The notes below the pieces were generated by a model, which did no database searches, had not been told where the DNA came from, and saw only the letters and a list, made by a program, of their open reading frames with translations. Shown here one piece after another: positions 1 to 11,856 of a stretch of DNA of 64,000 nt (positions within the stretch are counted from its first letter, which is position 1; each line of letters begins with the position of its first letter). The position numbers and the translations under genes are program-made. The stretch comes from Octopus sinensis (Eukaryota), in NCBI RefSeq assembly GCF_006345805.1, contig NC_043022.1, positions 13,516,001 to 13,580,000 on the forward strand, read 5' to 3'.

Positions 1-67
1 GTGATCTACTTCTAGCATATGGCTGACCACATAGTGGTTTTTTACGCCTTTAATATATATATGTATA

Positions 68-118
<51 letters not shown>

Positions 119-299
119 GGCTTCTTTCAGTGTCCACAACTGTAGTAGAAGACATTTGACCAAGGTGCCACGCAATGAGATTGAACCTGAAACCACTTGG
201 TTTGGAAATAAACTTCTTAAAGAAAAAATGAAAGTAATGAAACGAATAAAATCTAAAATGTGAACTGAAATAAACTGACGAAACAAAATCTTGTCTTAC

Positions 300-383
300 C
301 GACAGGTCCTGCTTGTAGGAATAATTCCCACAAAATTGCTTCTGTAACTTTTTCATCAAGACTGCCAACATAGACTGTGGCAT
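300..383 (-). CDS. SF3B4: SF3B4 coding exon 2, (D)[27 protein letters not shown](V), start of RRM1
   Basis: Acceptor tttttatctcatttcag, donor G|gtaaga, 84 nt, phase 1-1. Peptide matches human [29 protein letters not shown]. Remaining exons lie outside the window. Confidence 0.95.
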
Positions 384-455
384 CTGAAATGAGATAAAAA
401 TTAAATTTCCATTAAGCCTTTAGCATTTAAAGCAGCCAAAATATTCTGGCCAAAT

Positions 456-915
456 CCAACATCTCACACCTACCCCACACGTGACAGCAGTCATTCGACA
501 TAGGCCCACGGTCGGAAATGGTTGGACACTGTACGAGTGCATGCAGGATGGTTTCATCGCTCCGACCACATCCCAGACTGGTTGGCCTGTGTTTCTCAAG
601 CCATGCCTGTAGAGCTTATCCCGAATGGATAGCGCTTCTTGATAGCACTGCCAGGCCAGAGATCTTTGGAAGTTGTCCATAGATCCCGGCCCAAAAGTTG
701 TCTTGAACAGGCGGGTCAGGTATTCTTCGTTGGTGCCCAGGTTTGCTTCGAGATCGTCATCGTACCTCCCCTCCACTAATCCCCTGTAGAATGCTTTGGT
801 TGTGTTGAAGTCGCTCAAGGTCAACCCTCGACGGGATTTCAACTCTGAAAGCAAAGGGCTGGTATGAAATAGCTCACGGTGTTTCACCTTCCATTCTGAC
901 CCTTCCGCCAATTTG
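456..915 (-). mobile_element. Tx1/L1-like LINE ORF2 C-terminal fragment (zf-RVT-like), frameshifted
   Basis: ORF ...RSLAWQCYQEALSIRDKLYRHG..., and a shifted frame gives CGRSDETILHALVQCP, the Cys/His motif typical of L1/Tx1 ORF2 ends. Confidence 0.65.
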
Positions 916-991
916 CCTGTGTTCCCTATACATATATATAGGAAAGGTCCAGGGGAATAATTACAATGTAGCTAAATGTTGCTTAAGTGTC

Positions 992-1615
992 CTAGGACAC
1001 AATGATCACACTTGTGCGTGATCTGATTCCGCATAAGTCATATTTAGGAGAAAATAGGAAAACCTGGGATGAGGTGGTGAAGCATGACCTTTGAACATTG
1101 GGCCTTATTGAGGCAATGACTAGTGACTGGGACCTTTGGAGATATGCTGTGCTTGAGAAGACCTGACAAGCCAAATAAGACCATAACCTGTGGGCTATGC
1201 CAGTGGGAGTAACCAGCCCACTTATGAATACCCTCATTCACTGGACAATAAACCATGCTTGTGAAGACCTACTGATGCAAGTGAAATCAAAATCAAAATT
1301 GCTGACGTGGCCACTGACAGTACCGCCTGATTGGCATTCGTGCCAGTGGAACATTAGAAGTAGGTAGCATATAAAAACACCTTTTGAGTGTGAGCATGGT
1401 CATTGCCAGGACTGCCTGACTGGCCTTCATGCCGGTGGCACGTAAAAAGCACTCACTACACTCTTGGAGTGGTTGGCATTAGGAAGGGCATCCACCTGTA
1501 GAAACTTTGCCAGACCAGATTGAGCCTGGTGCAGCCTCTGGCTCACTAGTTCTCAGTCAAACTGTCCAACCCATGCCAGCATAGAAAGCAGACGTTAAAC
1601 GATGATGATAATATA
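992..1615 (+). mobile_element. 5'-truncated RTE LINE: ORF end, (AAATC)n, 3' UTR and (GAT)n tail
   Basis: Decayed GRPRKTWDEVVKHDL-type sequence followed by the same 3' UTR core seen at 35968-36130. Confidence 0.75.
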
Positions 1616-1639
1616 TATATATATTTATATATATTTCGA

Positions 1640-2124
1640 AACCGAAATCAAAATCAAAGTGAAATTCGATGACGGGCACGAACACCATACGAGCGTGATC
1701 ATTGCCAGCATTGCCTTACTAGCACTTGTGCCCCGTGCTAGTAGGGTGCTAAGAGCACCATCTGAGCGTGATCGCTGCCAGAGCGGCTAACTGGCATCCG
1801 TGCCGGTGGCATGTAGGAGGCACCATTCGAGTGGGATCATTACCAGCATCGCCTTAGTGGCACCTGTGCCATTGGCATGTGTAAAAAATTCAAGCGAGGT
1901 CGTCGCCAGTACCGCCTGACTGGCCCATGTGTAAAAATCCGAGCGAGGTCGTTGCCAGTACCATCTGACCGGCCCCCGTGCCGGTGGCACGTAAAAGCAC
2001 CCACTACACTCTCGGAGTGGTTGGCATTAGGAAAGGCATCCAGCTGTAGAAACTCTGCCAGATCAAGACTGGAGCTTGGTGCAGCCATCTGGAAAGTGGA
2101 TGTTAAACGATGATGATGATGATG

Positions 2125-2125
<1 letters not shown>
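1640..2125 (+). mobile_element. RTE 3' UTR copy with VNTR units and (GAT)n tail
   Basis: Core ggcattaggaaaggcatccagctgtagaaa...gatgttaaacgatgatgat. Confidence 0.75.
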
Positions 2126-2172
<47 letters not shown>

Positions 2173-3519
2173 TGTATATTACGGAGATGTACTTGCATAG
2201 CAAGTGACTTGATCTGAGATTGTCTGCTGAAACAAAAACAATTGCAGTGTGGAAGATGTTTGTAAGCTATTCAAGAACACACAAAAAAACTGTTAGATTC
2301 ACTTCAACATTTAAATTTAATTTGTGTCAAAATATTTTCGCCGCTTTTATCTCTAAGATAAATCCCAACTGATTTTATTTTATCTTTACTTTGATTTACT
2401 TCTAAATCTTTTTATTAAGATTTATTGTCTTAAAACCTATAGCAAATATCAATTGAAAGCTCTAAGTGTTTCGTCTATTTGGATATTGTCATATATTCAA
2501 ATGAACTCGTCCTAAAATTCATTTGGTCAATGGTGCCTTCAGATCATGACAAGTGAGAAAGCAAGTGAATTATAAGATTATTAATATTTCCATATATTAA
2601 GGCATGTATTACATAAAACTATATTAATTGCATAACACTGCATGAGATATGGAATGGAAAATATTGTCCATTTAAAGAAACAATTGTAATATCAATTTGA
2701 CTTCTTTCCTCATTTGGATTATTACTTTCATTATTCACTCTGCAGGGTTTATATTAAGCCAACAGGATCTTACCTTGGAATTGTGTAATCAGTGTTGGGA
2801 GACTAAGGGGGCCCACCCACAACTACAATGGCTGTGTGGTTAACAAGCTTGCTTTGCAACCATGTGGCACCTTGGGCAAGTGTCTTCTACTATAGCTCCA
2901 GGACGGCCAATGTCTCGAGAATGAATTTGGCAGATAGAAACTGTGTGGAAGTCCGAGTATACATGTGTGTGTGTGTGAGTGCGTGTGTGTATCTGTCTGT
3001 CTACAAAGACACATACGCCGTCCCTTGACAACCGATGTTTGTTTGTACACTTAGCGGTTCGGTAATTAAGTTCGATGGAAAAAGTACAAGGCTTAAAAAC
3101 TAAGTACAGGTGTCGATTTGTTCGGCTACACTCGTCGAGGTAGTGCCCCAGCATGGCCACAGTACACTAACCGAAATTAGTATTATATTATGCATGTATG
3201 TGTGTGTCGCTTAGTCAAGAGGAAGGGCAATAACCGTTACCAATTCCGAAGACCACGACATCGAAATAGGGAGGTATTCTGAAACCGGAGATATTGCAAG
3301 TGATAAGACCATGCCAAATGGACGCAAGGTTCCACTTGGTGGTACTAAAACGGGCGATGGCTTAAGCCTACCACCAACTAGGTCAAGGCGGAATTTGAAC
3401 CCACGATGCAAGGAGCCAAAAAAAAAAAAACAAATGCCGCGACGGGTCCCATATCCGACGTTTAACAATTCCGCTACTAAGAATCGCTCACCGTCCGACA
3501 CTAGGGCTTCGTTTTAAAA

Positions 3520-3630
3520 AATCCTGGTCGAAGTCTACCTGGACGGGATTTCAACTCTGAAAGCAAAGGGCTTGTACGAAATACCTCACGGTGTTTCACC
3601 TTCCGTTCTGACCCTTCCGGCAATTTGCCG
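3520..3630 (-). mobile_element. Second short fragment of the same Tx1-like element
   Basis: Near-identical to 830-920 (gacgggatttcaactctgaaagcaaagggc...gacccttccg). Confidence 0.75.
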
Positions 3631-3639
3631 GTCGGACGT

Positions 3640-4133
3640 TTCATACGGCCGTATTTATGCATTCAGTAAAGCTACAAGACAGAATTAACGGACATCGGCA
3701 TTAATCAGAGACATCAGGTTAATGCTATATTAATAAATATATATCTATAAATACACACATGTCCACGTATTTCAAGGATTATCATCAAACATCGTCACAC
3801 GTGTGTTTCGTTTGAGGACATCGTTTGCAAGAGGAACCGGCAATTAAGGTTTTAGCAATCGGGGCAACGGTACGCCGTTGCTTTACGAGCGACAGGCAAG
3901 GAAAGATGTATTTCGATGATACGGGTCAATAAGCGGAAAAAAACGGTTGGTGTAATGGTAAAAAATGTGAGGAATTACGATGAAAGAAACAATAAATAGA
4001 AACCTTGGTTTCGTTCCGCGATTGGTCCTGCCGCCATATTCAAGACAAAACATCGTTTGCTGCTGTAACTACAGTAAAGAAAAAAAGTCGGGACCACTGC
4101 AGCACCGGGTCCTCAAACGAATAGGACTGTGAA

Positions 4134-4135
<2 letters not shown>
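3640..4135 (-). promoter_or_regulatory. CpG-retaining promoter/5' region of SF3B4
   Basis: Unique CpG-rich sequence around exon 1, with a YY1-like GCCGCCATATT overlapping the start codon. TSS not determinable from sequence. Confidence 0.55.
4004..4037 (-). CDS. SF3B4: SF3B4 (SAP49) coding exon 1, MAAGPIAERNQ(D), phase-1 intron follows
   Basis: Minus strand reads ATG GCG GCA GGA CCA ATC GCG GAA CGA AAC CAA G|GT. This matches the conserved SF3B4 N-terminus (human MAAGPISERNQD) and joins in frame to the exon at 383-300. Confidence 0.93.
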
Positions 4136-4165
<30 letters not shown>

Positions 4166-4176
4166 TAATGATTAAT

Positions 4177-4212
<36 letters not shown>

Positions 4213-4247
4213 TAATAATAATAATAATGATGATGATGATGATAATA

Positions 4248-4279
<32 letters not shown>

Positions 4280-4326
4280 TATAATAATAATAATAATATA
4301 ATAATAATAATATAATAATAATAATG

Positions 4327-4410
<84 letters not shown>

Positions 4411-4437
4411 TAATAATGATGATAATAATGATGATGA

Positions 4438-4471
<34 letters not shown>

Positions 4472-4493
4472 GGTGGTGGTGGTGATGATGATG

Positions 4494-4527
<34 letters not shown>

Positions 4528-4544
4528 TGTAATAATGATGATGA

Positions 4545-4578
<34 letters not shown>

Positions 4579-4603
4579 GGTGGTGGTGGTGATGATGATG
4601 ATG

Positions 4604-4634
<31 letters not shown>

Positions 4635-4716
4635 TGGTAATAATGATGATGATGATGATGATGATGATGGTGGTAGTGGTGATGATGATGATGATGATGA
4701 TAATAATAATAATAAT
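4136..4716. repeat. (CA)n followed by compound (AAT)n/(GAT)n/(GGT)n trinucleotide array
   Basis: Directly visible; explains the poly-I/T/Y/M/V ORFs. Confidence 0.98.
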
Positions 4717-4717
4717 C

Positions 4718-5188
4718 CTTTCTATTATAGGCACAAGGCCTGAAATTTGGGGGAGGGGAATAGTCGATTATATTGAACCACAGTGTCTAACTGGTGCTTA
4801 TTTCAATGACCCTGAAAGGCTGAAAGGTAAAGTCAACCTTAGTGGAATTTGAACCCAGAATGTAAGAACAAACAAAATTCCACCAAGCATTTTCTCCAGC
4901 GTGCAAATGGTTCCGCCAGCTCAATAAATAAATAAAGAAATTAATTAATTAATTAATTAATAAATAATAATAATAATAATTCTTTCTGCTGGAAGTACAA
5001 GGTCTCAGATTTGGGGAAGGAATTAAGTCGATTACATCGCCCCCAGTAGGTAACTGGTACTTATTTAATCGACCCTGAAAGGATGAAAGGCAAAGTCAAC
5101 CTCAGCGGAATTTGAACTCAGAATGTAGCAGCAGATGAAATACCGCTAAGCATTTTGCCCAAATGCTACCAATTCTGCCACCTTGCTG

Positions 5189-5222
<34 letters not shown>

Positions 5223-5616
5223 CCTTTCTGTTATACGCACAAGGCCTGACACTTGTGGGGAGGGGACTAGTTGGTTATATCGACCCCAGCATTTCATTTG
5301 TACTTAATTGACCCTGAAAGGCTGAAAGGCGAAGTCGACCTCAGCAGAATTTGAACTCTCAGAACGTAGCGGCAGACAAAATACCTATTTCTTTACTACC
5401 CACAAGGGGCTAAACACAGAGAGGACAAACAAGGATGGACAAATGGATTGAGTCAATTGTATTGAACCAAGTGTGTAACTAGTACTTAATTTATCAACCT
5501 CGAAAGGATGAAAGGCAAAGTCAACCTCAGCAGAATTTGAACCCAGAATGTAAAGGCAGATGAAATACTGCTAAGCATTTCAACCAGCGTGCTAACAATT
5601 CTGCCAGCTTGTCACC

Positions 5617-5620
<4 letters not shown>
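4718..5620 (-). mobile_element. Cluster of tRNA-derived SINE family B copies with (AAT)n flanks, the last a dimer
   Basis: Repeated gaaaggatgaaaggcaaagtcgacctcggcggaatttgaactcagaa core; the reverse strand has A/B-box-like elements. Confidence 0.85.
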
Positions 5621-5663
<43 letters not shown>

Positions 5664-5889
5664 TGCTGGTGTGTTTATGTCCCCGTTACTTGAAAATATC
5701 TTATTTTTATTTCTGGAAATTAAATGCAGTAATCCCTCACCATAGCGCAATCCACCTACCATGGTTCACCGATTGTGGTTTATCATTTAAACTTATGTCG
5801 ATTCCTCTGTGGTGTTTCTTAGCATTTATAATAAAATAAATATACACAAATTATAAAAATGATTTTCAAAAAATACAGTACAGTATATA

Positions 5890-6285
5890 GGCACAGGAGT
5901 GGCTGTGTGGTAAGTAGCTTGCTTACCAACCACATGGTTCCGGGTTCAGTCCCACTGCGTGGCACCTTGGGCAAGTGTCTTCTGCTATAGCCTCGGGCCA
6001 ACCAAAGCCTTGTGAGTGGATTTGGTAGACAGAAACTGAAAGAAGCCTGTTGTATATATATATATATGCGTGTGTATGTGTTTGCTTGTCTGTGTTTGTC
6101 CCCCTAGCATTGCTTGACAACCGATGCTGGTGTGTTTATGTCCCCGTTACTTAGCGGTTCGGCAAAAGAGACCGATAGAATAAGTACTGCACTTACAAAA
6201 GAATAAGTCGCGGGGTCGAGTTGCTCGATTAAAGGTGGTGCTCCAGCATGGCCGCAGTCAAATGACTGAAACAAGTAAAAGAGTA
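5890..6285 (+). mobile_element. tRNA-derived SINE family A (CORE-like central motif), full length
   Basis: A-box-like tggctgtgtggt, B-box-like ggttcagtccc, MIR/CORE-like accttgggcaagt, internal microsatellite and (AAAAGAGT) tail. About 20 further copies occur in the window. Confidence 0.85.
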
Positions 6286-6305
6286 CTGTTTCTACTTCAT
6301 AGTTT

Positions 6306-6338
6306 TCACCTATCGCTGGGGATTTTGGAACGTAACAC
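6306..6338 (-). CDS. Candidate terminal coding exon VLRSKIPSDR* of an unidentified gene
   Basis: Acceptor ttccttgactattgcag; phase 0 fits the 11778-11825 exon. No homology recognised. Confidence 0.25.
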   Translation of the reverse strand: MLRSKIPSDR

Positions 6339-6728
6339 CTGCAATAGTCAAGGAATTACTGTATTATCTGAGCAAGGTTGGAAACAATTTGAGGAGTTTA
6401 CATAAGATTCATTGGCAAGTTGGCAACATGGTTAGAGCCTCAGAAAATACAGTTTGTGGTATTTCATTCTTGATCTTTATGACCTGTATTCAAATACTGC
6501 TGAAGTCAACATTTAGCATTGATAAAATAATGTAGCATTTGATTACAAGGTACTAATGATTCTACCAGGTCACCAACTAGTCAATTAATATTACTAAGAA
6601 GTGAAACAGAACCAGTGCATGTGTTCATTATTGGCATTATGACCCTCCCTAGATACAACAAAATCTGTTTCAACACATGAGCACACCTTTAGAATTTTGC
6701 AAACCAAATACGTAAGCTAAGTTCTATG

Positions 6729-6956
6729 TTAACACTTTAGCATTTAAACTGGCCATATCAGACCCAAAGATTCGTCCTATGTTCTGTTTAAAGTGACCAG
6801 ACCCGGCCTATCCAAAACACCTTACAAAGTTAGTCTAGAAATAAACAATCACCTGATCAAAATCTCAAAACGGAATGATAATACGTAATTAATTCAAAAG
6901 AATATGGACCAATGAGTATTACATTTGACTGAGTAATCTGAATGCTAAAGGGTTAA
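6729..6956. mobile_element. TTAA-flanked MITE (piggyBac-like termini)
   Basis: ttaacactttagcatt...aatgctaaagggttaa. Related copies at 32578-32806, 34497-34723 and 54507-54735. Confidence 0.7.
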
Positions 6957-7266
6957 CTGCTCTCTTATCTTAAAAGAAACCCAACTGACTTAATTCTAGA
7001 TGATTAACATTAAAGGCCAAAGGGAAATATGTGGTTTGCATGCCATTGTTTGGCCACACACCTGACATATTCCAATCATGCTAACCCGAGGTGAAACGCC
7101 AGAAATTACTTCTATCCAGAGTTGCCTCCCATGCCTCTCCAAAAAAACAGCAAAACGCTATTTAATACTGGAAGTGTCATCGTTTCTGCATTTGGTTTGC
7201 AAGATTCTTGATGTGAATTCTTGTTTTGAAGCAAATCTTGTTGTGTCTTGGGAGGGCCATTATGCC

Positions 7267-7307
<41 letters not shown>

Positions 7308-7321
7308 TATCATAATAATAA

Positions 7322-7810
7322 TATCATGTACATTGTTTTGTCTTGGTATAAAAGATGGGCTACAGCAAATATTCTGCCCAATACCACAGATTTGCTTGTC
7401 AGTTATTTGACCTTAACCAGTTGAGCATGTCCCTTGGTGGCTGATGATATGTGCATCTCTGATCACGAGCAGATGTAGTGGGGGAGCATCATAGCCATGT
7501 GTTGAGAGGGATTCTTTGGGGTTTGAATAATTCACCTCTGGAAACATGGGTGTTTCGTTCAACATCCTTAAACAACCCTTATTCAGGGACCTTTTGAGTG
7601 GGGTGGGCTACTCGACCAGAAGAAAATTCCAACTGGGCCCCACCTGTAAGGTCACCATGTTGTACACATATGGTTGTGATGCATGTGCCTAGTGTACCCT
7701 TATCAGACGGGTAGTCATGATGGGTATACTGGGCTTCGTATATTTTACCCCAGTGTCACTTTGATGGCATGCACTGCTCTCTCACTCAATAATAATAATA
7801 ATAATAATAA
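7322..7810 (+). mobile_element. Interspersed repeat with (AAT)n tail; partial copy at about 9165-9365
   Basis: ggtataaaagatgggctacagcaaatattctg... recurs at 9165. Confidence 0.6.
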
Positions 7811-8142
7811 TGATAATATAATAATAATAATAAATGCCCTGATTCAGTACCAGGCAGTGGCTCTCATGGCTTTTGATCATGACTAATTGGAAGTGTTATC
7901 ATGTACATTGCTTTGTCTTGGTATGAAGCAGGGATGGGCAACTTTTCGTCTCCTGGGGGTTGCATCGTACCATTTCCAAGTGTGAGAGGGCCACATGATA
8001 AAACACATACGCATGAAATATTACTTGCCCACTTTACACTGAATTTTTTGCAGTTCTTCTTAACTTTGTCTTAGTATGGAAGTTTCTTACACTTTTGATC
8101 CATAGAGTATATTGGCCAGGATACTGGGGTAGGTGGCCAGGT

Positions 8143-8870
8143 CTTTTACGGATTCCATGGACAGCGAGGCTCACCTATGGAGAAGTTCTTAAGCAGATCA
8201 GGCCGAAAATGTCACTAGAAGCTAGGATCACCAAGCGTAGATTGGCATATTTTGGTCATATTATGCGGAGAAAATCCCTGGAGGACATCATGCTCGGAAT
8301 GGTCAGTGGCAAGAGAGGAAGAGGCCGACCAAGAACCCGCTGGCTTGACACCATCAAGAGGGATACCGGAATGGACATAGCCAATCTGAAAGAAGCGGCC
8401 CAGGATAGAACTGACTGGAGGACACTGATCCAACGAGTGACTGAGAGTCGACTTCGACTGAGCGGATAGATAGATAGATATATATTATATATATGGAATG
8501 GTCAGTGGCAAGAGAGGAAGAGACCGACCAAGAACCCACTGGCTTGACACCATCAAGAATGATACCGGAATGGACATAGCCAATCTGAAAGTAGTGGCCC
8601 AGGATAGAACTGACTGGAGGACACTGATCCATGGAGTAACCGAGGGTCGACTTTGACTGAGCAGATAGATATATATATATATATATATATGGAATGGTCA
8701 GTGGCAAGAGAGGAAGAGGCCGACCAAGAACCCGCTGGCTTGACGCCATCAAGAGGGATACCGGAATGGACATAGCCAATCTGAAAGAAGCGGCCCAGGA
8801 TAGAACTGACTGGAGGACACTGATCCAACGAGTGACCGAGAGTCGACTTCGACTGAGCGGATAGAGAGAT
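8143..8870 (+). mobile_element. RTE/BovB-like LINE 3' end with its last ~170 bp triplicated
   Basis: ORF LRIPWTAR...RRLAYFGHIMRR...GKRGRGRPRTRWLDTI. Units start at 8296, 8495 and 8691; another copy lies on the minus strand at about 52670-52900. Confidence 0.9.
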
Positions 8871-9480
8871 ATGGAAGTTCACATTAAGCTGTCATTTCTT
8901 TTATTATTTCCTAATGATAATAATGATGATTACTAGTGTAAATAAATTAGAGTTTAAAATATTGAGGTGAAAAAAGAAAAAGAAAATTCGTTGATATTTG
9001 ATTAAAGAACAAATTTCATTATCTGTAACAATGGGATTTTTGCACATTCCCATTCTTTGCCATATTTTCAATATTTGGTAGAATTTGAGATGTTGCTACT
9101 CTTAGGTTATGCTGCAAATTAGTAACCTAGGAACTGGTCAAGGGCCACAGGTTGCTCATGTATGGTATAAAAGATGGCCTACAGCAAATATTCTGCTCAA
9201 TACCACAGATTTGCATGTCAGTTGTTTGACCTTAACCAGTTGATCATGTCCCTTGGTGGCTGACGATATTTGCATCTCTGATCATGAGCAGAAGTAGAGG
9301 GGGAACATCATAGCCATGTGTTGAGAGGGATTCTTTGAGGTCTGGATAATTCATCTTTGGAAATAATAATAATAACAATAACAACAACAACAGCAACAGC
9401 AGCACCACCAGCAGCAACAACAACAACAACAATAACAACGTATGCACTGCACCAGTGTCTTTAATTATTTTCACTTATTA

Positions 9481-9770
9481 CATCATCATCATCATCATCA
9501 TCATCATCGTTTGGCGTCCGCTTTCCATGCTAGCATGGGTTGGACGGTGCAACTGGGGTCTGGGAAGCCAGAAGGCTGCACCTGGCCCAGTCTGATCTAG
9601 CAATGTTTCTACGGCTGGATGCCCTTCCTAACGCCAACCACTCCGTGAGTGTAGTGGGTGCTTTTTACGTGCCACCGGCACAGGTGCCAGATGAAGCTGG
9701 CAAACGACCACGATCGGATGGTGCTTTTTTATGTGCCACCGGCACGGAGGCCAGGCGAGGCTGGCACTGT
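9481..9770 (-). mobile_element. RTE 3' UTR copy
   Basis: (CAT)n then cgtccgctttccatgctagcatgggttggacg core and VNTR units. Confidence 0.8.
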
Positions 9771-10194
9771 ATATATACCGTGCAACATCGATATTCCTCC
9801 CTGTGTTTGTGAAATCGTGTATCCCTGCTGTAAGGCTTGATTTCCATACATGCCAGCTTAATTTAATTCATCCTAAGTCGAAAGACACCTGTTGTTATGT
9901 CCTGTTATTATTTTTATTGTATTTGTGTAACATTCGTTTTTTTTCTGTCCTTGTTTTTGTATACATTCGCCGCTTTCTTCCAAGGAATCTACTGCTCTTA
10001 GCTTAGTTTTTCCCTGGGGCTGGCCAGATTTGAGCAATTTCAAGTATAATCAGCTGAAATTGCGAAGATAGTCTGGTACTTGACTGAGGAAAGATAACTT
10101 CGAATGACCCATCGTTGTTTTCTTTGTATCATCTATCTGCTGTTTGGCTGTGAAGTCGTATCCCCGCAAAATTTCATTGAAACAATAAATTATT

Positions 10195-10640
10195 TTTCGT
10201 TTTTGGATTTGGTTTGCAAGATTCTTTATATGAGTTCGTGTGTTGAAGCATATTCTGTTGTGTCTGGGGAGAGTCATTCTCTTTTAGTGCCTTATTATTT
10301 AACACACTCACCGCTAAAATTTCCACTTATTCCTTATTTTTATTTACTAAAATTTTCGTTGCGTCTTGCAACCTTTTCAATAGTGTTGAAGACTATTGAA
10401 GACTAAATAAGTGGAAATTTTACCAGTGAGTGTGTTAAATAATAAGGCACTAAAAGAGAATGACCCTCCCCAGATACAACAGTATATATATATATATATT
10501 CATGAAAGGAATGAAATATATATATTCATGGTGAACATATTTTATAGAAAATAAAAATAAGAAATAAGTGGAAATTTTAGCGGTGAGTGTGTTAAATAAT
10601 AAGGCACTAAAAGACAATGACTCTCCCCAGACACAACAGA
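10195..10640. repeat. Foldback repeat: one ~77-bp unit inverted against two direct copies
   Basis: About 10255-10331 is the reverse complement of about 10406-10482 and 10561-10639. Same family at 45440-45630 and 7180-7255. Confidence 0.8.
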
Positions 10641-10767
10641 ATAAATTATATGTTTGTCCACATTCAATTATCATCAGAGGTAAAGAATACGTACACCAAC
10701 CGTTTTCAGCGTAACAAAAAGCCCTAACCCTAACCATCGGGTGTACATATTCTTTACTTTCATCCTA

Positions 10768-11135
10768 TTAGGGCAGCGGACTCGCGGTCATAGGATCGCG
10801 GTTTCGATTCCCAGACCGGGCGTTGTGGGTGTTTATTGAGCGAAAACACCTAAAAGCTCCACGAGGCTCCGGCAGGGGATGGTGGTGATCCCTGCTGTAC
10901 CCTTTCACCACAACTTTCTCTCACTCTTACTTCCTGTTTCTGTTGTACCTGTATTTCAAAGGGCCGGCCTTGTCACTCTCTGTGTCACGCTGAATATCCC
11001 CGAGAACCACGTTAAGGGTACACGTGTCTGTGGAGTGCTCAGCCACTTACACGTTAATTTCACGAGCAGGCTGTTCCGTTGATTCGGATCAACCGGAACC
11101 CTCATCGTCGTAACCGATGGAGTGCTTCCATCCAT
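10768..11135 (+). mobile_element. tRNA-derived SINE, family E
   Basis: tRNA-like head ttagggcagcggactcgcggtcataggatcgcggtttcgattccc, CpG-rich body. Confidence 0.6.
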
Positions 11136-11777
11136 TTATACCAAAGCCAAATTCATTAGACATCCTGTGAAACAAAAAGCAAAATCCATCAAAGGGCCGA
11201 GGAACTGAAGAGAGTCAACAGCCATTCAATAATGTGTGAAAGAGAGGGACTTAGTGGTTGGGGTGTTGCAGTCACAATCACAAGGTTGTGGTTTCAATTC
11301 CCAGACTGGTTATGCACTATGTTCTTGACTAAAACATTTCATTCCATATTGGTCTGAACCCCTCAGCTGTACATGGGTAGCCATGTGATGGATTGGTGTA
11401 CAATGGTGAGATGGCAACTCAGGGAAGTCATCCAAACAGGAGTTTCATGAGCCATGTTTTGTATTATCATAGTTTCGTGTCCTTCAATAGAATACCCCTT
11501 TCGGTTGAGTGGGGTCTTGTCTTGCAAGTACTTTCTGACCTCACTAGTGCTGGAATCACAAAAAATGCACCCAAATACACTGTAAAACTGGTTGCTATTA
11601 GGAAGGGCATCCAATCATGGAAACCGTGCCAAAACAGACAAGGGAAGTTAGCAGAGCCTTCATATGTGTCAGTTCCTGTTAAACCGTCCAACCCATGCCA
11701 GCATGGAAAAACAGACATTAAATCACGATAATGATGAGGAAGATGATGATGATGATGCATAAAGGGATCTCACTTAC

Positions 11778-11825
11778 CTTGTATTTCATCGGTTGAGACT
11801 TTCTCAATTTCTCAGTCACACAGAA
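11778..11825 (-). CDS. Candidate internal coding exon FCVTEKLRKSQPMKYK of an unidentified gene
   Basis: Acceptor catttgctttctcacag, consensus donor AAG|gtaagt, 48 nt, phase 0-0, open frame. Confidence 0.55.
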
Positions 11826-11856
11826 CTGTGAGAAAGCAAATGTCCTCATATTTCTT

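Noticed and set aside
4038-4068. Fusion of the upstream exons to SF3B4 via the acceptor-like ttttctttactgtag
   Set aside because: Would be out of frame with SF3B4; an upstream non-coding exon remains possible but is unsupported.
4069-4852. Homopolymeric ORFs (poly-I/Y/M/V), and the LSIY/YI ORFs at 17.4-20.6, 60.1 and 61.6 kb
   Set aside because: Microsatellite translations.
5890-6000. tRNA genes at SINE heads
   Set aside because: No complete cloverleaf; each continues into a SINE body.
10080-10112. Hammerhead-like ctgagga-aag(ataa)ctt-cgaatgac
   Set aside because: GAAA is broken and no stem I was found; would need a family consensus.
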